DNA of 32,000 nt, taken from the NCBI RefSeq assembly GCF_002075285.3, contig NZ_CP021983.2, forward strand, positions 2,190,001-2,222,000, read 5' to 3'. The DNA comes from Halomicronema hongdechloris C2206. Lineage in GTDB: Bacteria; Cyanobacteriota; Cyanobacteriia; Phormidesmidales; Phormidesmidaceae. Both the position numbers and the translations under genes were made by a program. Below are positions 28,580-32,000 of the stretch, piece by piece; within the stretch, counting starts at the first letter, position 1; each line of letters begins with the position of its first letter. Under the pieces are notes generated by a model. It did no database searches and had not been told where the DNA came from. It worked only from the letters and a program-made list of their open reading frames with translations.

Positions 28580-29656
28580 AATGGCAGGTGCCTGCAGGGC
28601 CACGGGTTGAGCGTCGCCCTCAACCGCCAAGTCTAAGGGGAAGTTGTGGGCGTTGCGCTCGTGCATCACCTCAAAGCCCAGGTTGGCCCGGTTGAGCACA
28701 TCGGCCCAGGTACCGATGACACGGCCCTGACTATCCAGCACCGACTGGTTGAAGTTGAACCCGTTCAGGTTAAAGGCCATGGTGCTGATGCCCAAGGCGG
28801 TGAACCAGATACCAATTACCGGCCAAGCTCCCAGGAAGAAATGGAGCGCGCGGCTGTTGTTGAAGCTGGCGTATTGCCAGATCAGGCGGCCAAAGTAGCC
28901 GTGGGCAGCCACGATGCTGTAGGTCTCTTCTTCTTGGCCGAACTTGTAGCCATAATTTTGAGACTCGTTCTCAGTGGTTTCTCGCACCAGAGAGCTGGTG
29001 ACCAGAGACCCGTGCATGGCACTAAACAAAGCCCCACCGAAGACACCGGCCACACCTAGCATGTGGAAGGGGTGCATCAAGATGTTGTGCTCTGCCTGGA
29101 ACACAAACATGAAGTTAAAGGTACCGCTGATTCCGAGGGGCATGCCGTCGGAGAAGGAACCTTGACCAATGGGATAGATCAAGAACACAGCGGTTGCCGA
29201 TGCCACTGGAGCACTATAAGCCACACAAATCCAGGGACGCATACCCAGACGGTAGCTCATCTCCCACTGACGGCCCATCCAACAGAAGATACCAATTAAG
29301 AAATGGAAGACGATGAGTTGGTACGGACCACCGTTGTACAGCCACTCATCTAGAGAAGCAGCCTGCCACAACGGATAAAGGTGCAAGCCAACGGCGTTAG
29401 ACGTCGGCACGATGGCTCCAGAAATGATGTTATTGCCATAAAGCAGAGAACCAGACACTGGCTCACGAATACCATCGATGTCCACGGGAGGAGCCGCGAT
29501 AAAAGCAATCACAAAACAGGTGGTAGCGGTAAGCAAAGTTGGAATCATCAACACCCCAAACCAGCCGATATATAGCCGATTTTCGGTGCTGGTGATCCAA
29601 TTACAAAACCGCTCCCACAAGCTTTGTTGTTGTTGCTGTTGGAGAGTGGTTGTCAT
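28571..29656 (-). CDS. psbA: Photosystem II reaction-centre protein D1
   Basis: The 361-aa ORF is near-identical by eye to canonical D1. All Mn4CaO5 ligand positions are present (D170 in SFSDGMP, E189 in [18 protein letters not shown]). A C-terminal extension follows Ala344. Confidence 0.97.
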   Translation of the reverse strand: MTTTLQQQQQQSLWERFCNWITSTENRLYIGWFGVLMIPTLLTATTCFVIAFIAAPPVDIDGIREPVSGSLLYGNNIISGAIVPTSNAVGLHLYPLWQAASLDEWLYNGGPYQLIVFHFLIGIFCWMGRQWEMSYRLGMRPWICVAYSAPVASATAVFLIYPIGQGSFSDGMPLGISGTFNFMFVFQAEHNILMHPFHMLGVAGVFGGALFSAMHGSLVTSSLVRETTENESQNYGYKFGQEEETYSIVAAHGYFGRLIWQYASFNNSRALHFFLGAWPVIGIWFTALGISTMAFNLNGFNFNQSVLDSQGRVIGTWADVLNRANLGFEVMHERNAHNFPLDLAVEGDAQPVALQAPAIQG

Positions 29657-29967
29657 AAGTTAAAATCACCCATTACATCCATGCAGAATCAACGCGCAAC
29701 CAATCCAACAACCGCATTACTTCAAATGCGGCTTAAGTAGGCTGACCTACATCCAAGGGCATTCCCTCGGTCATCAAAGCACCTAACCTCAGGCTCAGGC
29801 AGCGCCTAACCCAGCCAGAAGCTTTGACAGATTGGCTGTGAACGCTTTGATCATAGGCTTAGCGCTTCTTTCATTAGAAAGCCACGCCAAATTCCGGACA
29901 CAACGCTCCCCATCAAGTCTTTCAATCTATAATCTATAGACCATCTGGTGCAGCGCATTTTGTCCGG

Positions 29968-29984
29968 TCTGCACTTTCTGCACT
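29968..29984. repeat. Direct repeat TCTGCACT x2 (1-bp spacer) in the antenna-gene/psbA spacer
   Basis: Copies at 29968-29975 and 29977-29984. An AATCTAT x2 repeat also lies at 29924-29937. Confidence 0.85.
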
Positions 29985-30219
29985 TGTCTAAGTATTTTAA
30001 TTATTCTTTCGAGTTTGTGTATTAATTTTGATTTAATGCAGCGGGATGATATAGGGCTATCGACTGTGATTGAGGGAATAGAGAGAATGTAAAAGCTTTT
30101 TAAGCTGGTCGTAACAATGGTTGAGCTAGCTAATAGTTAAATTAATCGTTTCCAGAGAAATAAAACCGCTCCGTCCTGGGCCTAAAGGCTAGCCACATAA
30201 GCATCCTTTCCTAGAGAGG

Positions 30220-30247
30220 CACCCCAGACCTACATCGGCCTGGGGTG
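30220..30247 (-). terminator. Stem-loop downstream of the antenna gene (no clear U-tract on the minus strand)
   Basis: CACCCCAGACC (30220-30230) pairs with GGCCTGGGGTG (30237-30247): 10 bp with 1 mismatch and a 6-nt loop. It lies 43 nt past the stop codon. Confidence 0.4.
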
Positions 30248-30277
30248 TTTGGCTGACACCAGCTCCCTAACCTGAAG

Positions 30278-30297
30278 GTTTAGTCATGTTTAGTCAT
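30278..30297. repeat. 10-bp perfect tandem duplication spanning the antenna gene stop codon
   Basis: GTTTAGTCAT occurs at 30278-30287 and 30288-30297. On the coding strand this reads ATGACTAAAC twice and includes the TAA stop. Confidence 0.95.
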
Positions 30298-31879
30298 CTG
30301 CTTCAGGGGTATTCGCTTGCGCTTCACTTGCTTCATGGGAGCCGTGGTCAGCATCATCTTGGTCAGCATCATCTTGACTAGAGGCAACTGCAACCCCAGG
30401 GTCAGAGCCACGCTGACTGGCCCCAGTGACGCTCCCAAAGTGATGACCATTGCCTTGGCTAGGCTCATACATCACCGGGTCAATCGGACTCGGGTAATTT
30501 AGCTGTTGGTGAGGTACTTTGGGCTGCTCATATATTCTCTGGGTGGTTCGCCCTCCATAGCCGCCAAACAGCGCCTTGGCCTCTGCTTCAGCCGGCGGAT
30601 GATAAAACGTCAGTTTACGGGGATGGAAGGTGGTTTCATATAGCGTCGTTCGTACCCCCTTGACCTCGGCCAGGCTAGGTGCATGCTTCCCTAGCGAGGG
30701 AGGATGGTACAGGTAGTCTTCGGGGATATATTCCTGCTTGAGAAGTGAGCCAGGTCTTACCTGAGGGGCTTCGTATTGGACCTCTAACAAGGGCTGGGGG
30801 CTGGGGTGAACTGGGTTTTGATAGACCAGAGTGGGGTTATCGCTAGCTTCGGCGAGGTTCTGCCGCCAAGTCTGTACAACCTTGTTAATGTCGAGGCCCG
30901 TGGCTATCTGATAGTGCCAGAGCCCTCCCTGCAGGAAGAAAAAGGCCAAATAGAAGTGGGTATTAGCTAGCCAAGTACGAGACGTATACCCCTCAGTTAG
31001 AGTGGCATTGGGATCAAAGTAAGCCGGCAAAAAGGCAGACTTGAGTTCCAGCGTTGGCCCGTAAAACTCGACTGGATAGGCCAGGCTACTAAAACCACAG
31101 TAGTAGGAAGCCGCAAACCCAGCCAGCGCAATGCCGAATAGAGAATAGGCCAAAATGCCATTGGCAGAAAACAGAAACAGTTGTCTGACCCACTTAAAGG
31201 GGGGCACTAGGATGTGCCAAGCTCCTCCTAGCACCAGCAGGACTGCCACATAGATGTGACCACCCACCAGATCCTCGAGGTTATTCACATCAAACAGGTG
31301 GGTACGGTAGCTAAAGATGGTGCCTACGTCTAAGGTGGGATCGCTAACTACGCGCACTTCCCCCAGAGTGGCATCATACAAGCCGCCGAAGAACATCGCC
31401 TTAGCGACTAACAACAGAGCTCCTAAACCAAGAATGGCCAGATGGTGCCCTAAGATGAAGCCCAGCTGCTTGGGATCATCCCAGTTGAAATGAAACTTGC
31501 TAGCGTTACCGCGTTCCATATCGAGATTGGGGGAAAGGCGGGTGCGATGGAAATAAGCGCCCCCCGCCAATACTCCTGCAGCCACAATATGGATGGCACC
31601 AATTGCTAGGAAGGGAAACGTATTTGCGATGGCCCCATTGGCGCCTACTCCCCAACCTTGGGTAGCCAAATGGGGCAATAGAATCAGCCCCTGAGCATAC
31701 ATGGGCTGAGTGGGAGAATAAACCGCGAGTTCGAACAGGGTAAAGACCCCGGCCCAAAGCATGATCAAGGCCGCCTGGGCAACATGGGCCACGATAAACG
31801 TATTGGATAAATCAATGAATCGGGCATTACCAGCCCACCAGGGATACCGCTCCTGGGTTTTGTTGACAGCGTACATCAT
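30290..31879 (-). CDS. IsiA/Pcb/CP43-family six-helix chlorophyll-binding protein with a ~190-aa hydrophilic C-terminal extension
   Basis: Family motifs: WWAGNARFIDLS, LWAGVFTLFE, LPHLATQGWG, FILGHHL, NLEDLVGGHIYVAVLLVLGGAWHI, AYPVEFYGP, FFFLQGGLWH. It has the short loop E of IsiA/Pcb rather than the long one of CP43. I prefer the ATG at 31879. The track uses a TTG at 31909. The tail (30293-30862) has no hydrophobic helix. Confidence 0.9.
   Translation of the reverse strand: MMYAVNKTQERYPWWAGNARFIDLSNTFIVAHVAQAALIMLWAGVFTLFELAVYSPTQPMYAQGLILLPHLATQGWGVGANGAIANTFPFLAIGAIHIVAAGVLAGGAYFHRTRLSPNLDMERGNASKFHFNWDDPKQLGFILGHHLAILGLGALLLVAKAMFFGGLYDATLGEVRVVSDPTLDVGTIFSYRTHLFDVNNLEDLVGGHIYVAVLLVLGGAWHILVPPFKWVRQLFLFSANGILAYSLFGIALAGFAASYYCGFSSLAYPVEFYGPTLELKSAFLPAYFDPNATLTEGYTSRTWLANTHFYLAFFFLQGGLWHYQIATGLDINKVVQTWRQNLAEASDNPTLVYQNPVHPSPQPLLEVQYEAPQVRPGSLLKQEYIPEDYLYHPPSLGKHAPSLAEVKGVRTTLYETTFHPRKLTFYHPPAEAEAKALFGGYGGRTTQRIYEQPKVPHQQLNYPSPIDPVMYEPSQGNGHHFGSVTGASQRGSDPGVAVASSQDDADQDDADHGSHEASEAQANTPEADD
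30347..30376 (-). repeat. In-frame 15-bp perfect tandem duplication (QDDAD x2) in the acidic tail of the antenna protein
   Basis: GTCAGCATCATCTTG occurs at 30347-30361 and 30362-30376. Confidence 0.95.
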
Positions 31880-31911
31880 GAATTTAACTTTGATAAAGTT
31901 TGTCAACAATG

Positions 31912-31960
31912 ACCTATCTTAGGCGAGTACATGAGTCCTCGCCTAAGCAGTAAGATAGGT
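31912..31960. promoter_or_regulatory. Extended inverted repeat just upstream of the antenna gene
   Basis: The inner arms CTTAGGCGAG (31918-31927) and CTCGCCTAAG (31938-31947) are a perfect 10-bp reverse complement with a 10-nt loop. Outer arms ACCTAT (31912-31917) and ATAGGT (31955-31960) extend the pairing across a 7-nt bulge (31948-31954). Confidence 0.6.
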
Positions 31961-32000
31961 ACGCGAATCTGACAATGTAGCCTTAGCTAAGGCCTGAGAT

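Noticed and set aside
30293-30862. PsaL-domain fusion, as known for some IsiA-family proteins
   Set aside because: The tail contains no hydrophobic helix and no PsaL-like segment. It is hydrophilic, Pro/Tyr/Gln-rich and acidic.
23163-31879. Far-red light photoacclimation (FaRLiP) cluster, suggested by the combination of GAF kinase, variant psbA and antenna paralogue
   Set aside because: The kinase architecture (CBS x4, two GAF, three PAS) is not RfpA-like, and there is no rfpB/rfpC. There are no psbB/psbD/psaA/apc paralogues. The D1 keeps all Mn ligands and is ~90 percent or more canonical, so it is neither ChlF nor obviously FRL-D1.
1-32000. Antisense and alternative-frame ORFs inside real genes, for example 5746-6159, 7880-8347, 8006-8371, 9315-9647, 16219-16653, 19124-19549, 25811-26371 and 28646-29059
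   Set aside because: Each is fully nested in a gene with clear family motifs on the other strand or in another frame. Each has a biased Arg/Pro/Gly/Ser composition typical of shadow ORFs in GC-rich DNA.
1-32000. CRISPR arrays, tRNA/rRNA genes, IS elements, integrases, toxin-antitoxin or defence-system genes
   Set aside because: I looked for spaced direct repeats, tRNA T-arm consensus (GGTTCGAATCC-like), and transposase or recombinase motifs in all long ORFs. None was found.

Overview
This is a chromosomal segment of a cyanobacterium. The evidence is psbA, an IsiA/Pcb-type antenna gene, a CugP-type sugar nucleotidyltransferase, and at least 17 copies of the HIP1 octamer GCGATCGC. I saw no rRNA, tRNA, CRISPR array, transposase or phage gene.

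Gene order:
- Partial Ser/Thr kinase (-), then a ~610 bp spacer.
- pheT and ackA (+).
- A minus-strand envelope block: pentapeptide-repeat membrane protein, O-antigen-ligase-like protein, GT2 glycosyltransferase, RluD-like pseudouridine synthase.
- A site-2 metalloprotease split by a 4-bp tandem duplication (+).
- GGCT-like protein, a lipoprotein, LapA-like protein, scpA and a cugP-like gene (+).
- A tightly coupled five-gene Ni/Co ECF-type uptake operon (lipoprotein, 2-TM accessory protein, CbiM/NikM, CbiQ, CbiO) (+).
- tenA (-).
- An ~0.9 kb patch of gene remnants (serine dehydratase tail, GntR head, ybaK tail), then a GNAT gene (-).
- A large CBS/GAF/PAS histidine kinase and a REC-EAL response regulator (+).
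- Convergent on these, a slightly unusual psbA preceded by an IsiA/Pcb-like chlorophyll-binding gene with a ~190-aa non-membrane C-terminal tail (-).

Most noteworthy:
1. The tailed antenna protein next to psbA.
2. A cyanobacteriochrome-like GAF domain (canonical Cys-His) in the neighbouring kinase, which is paired with a c-di-GMP phosphodiesterase.
3. A strong window-wide pattern of short perfect tandem duplications. One breaks the protease gene and two span the stop codons of psbA and the antenna gene.
4. The gene-remnant patch.

All functional calls come from reading motifs by eye. No database search was run.
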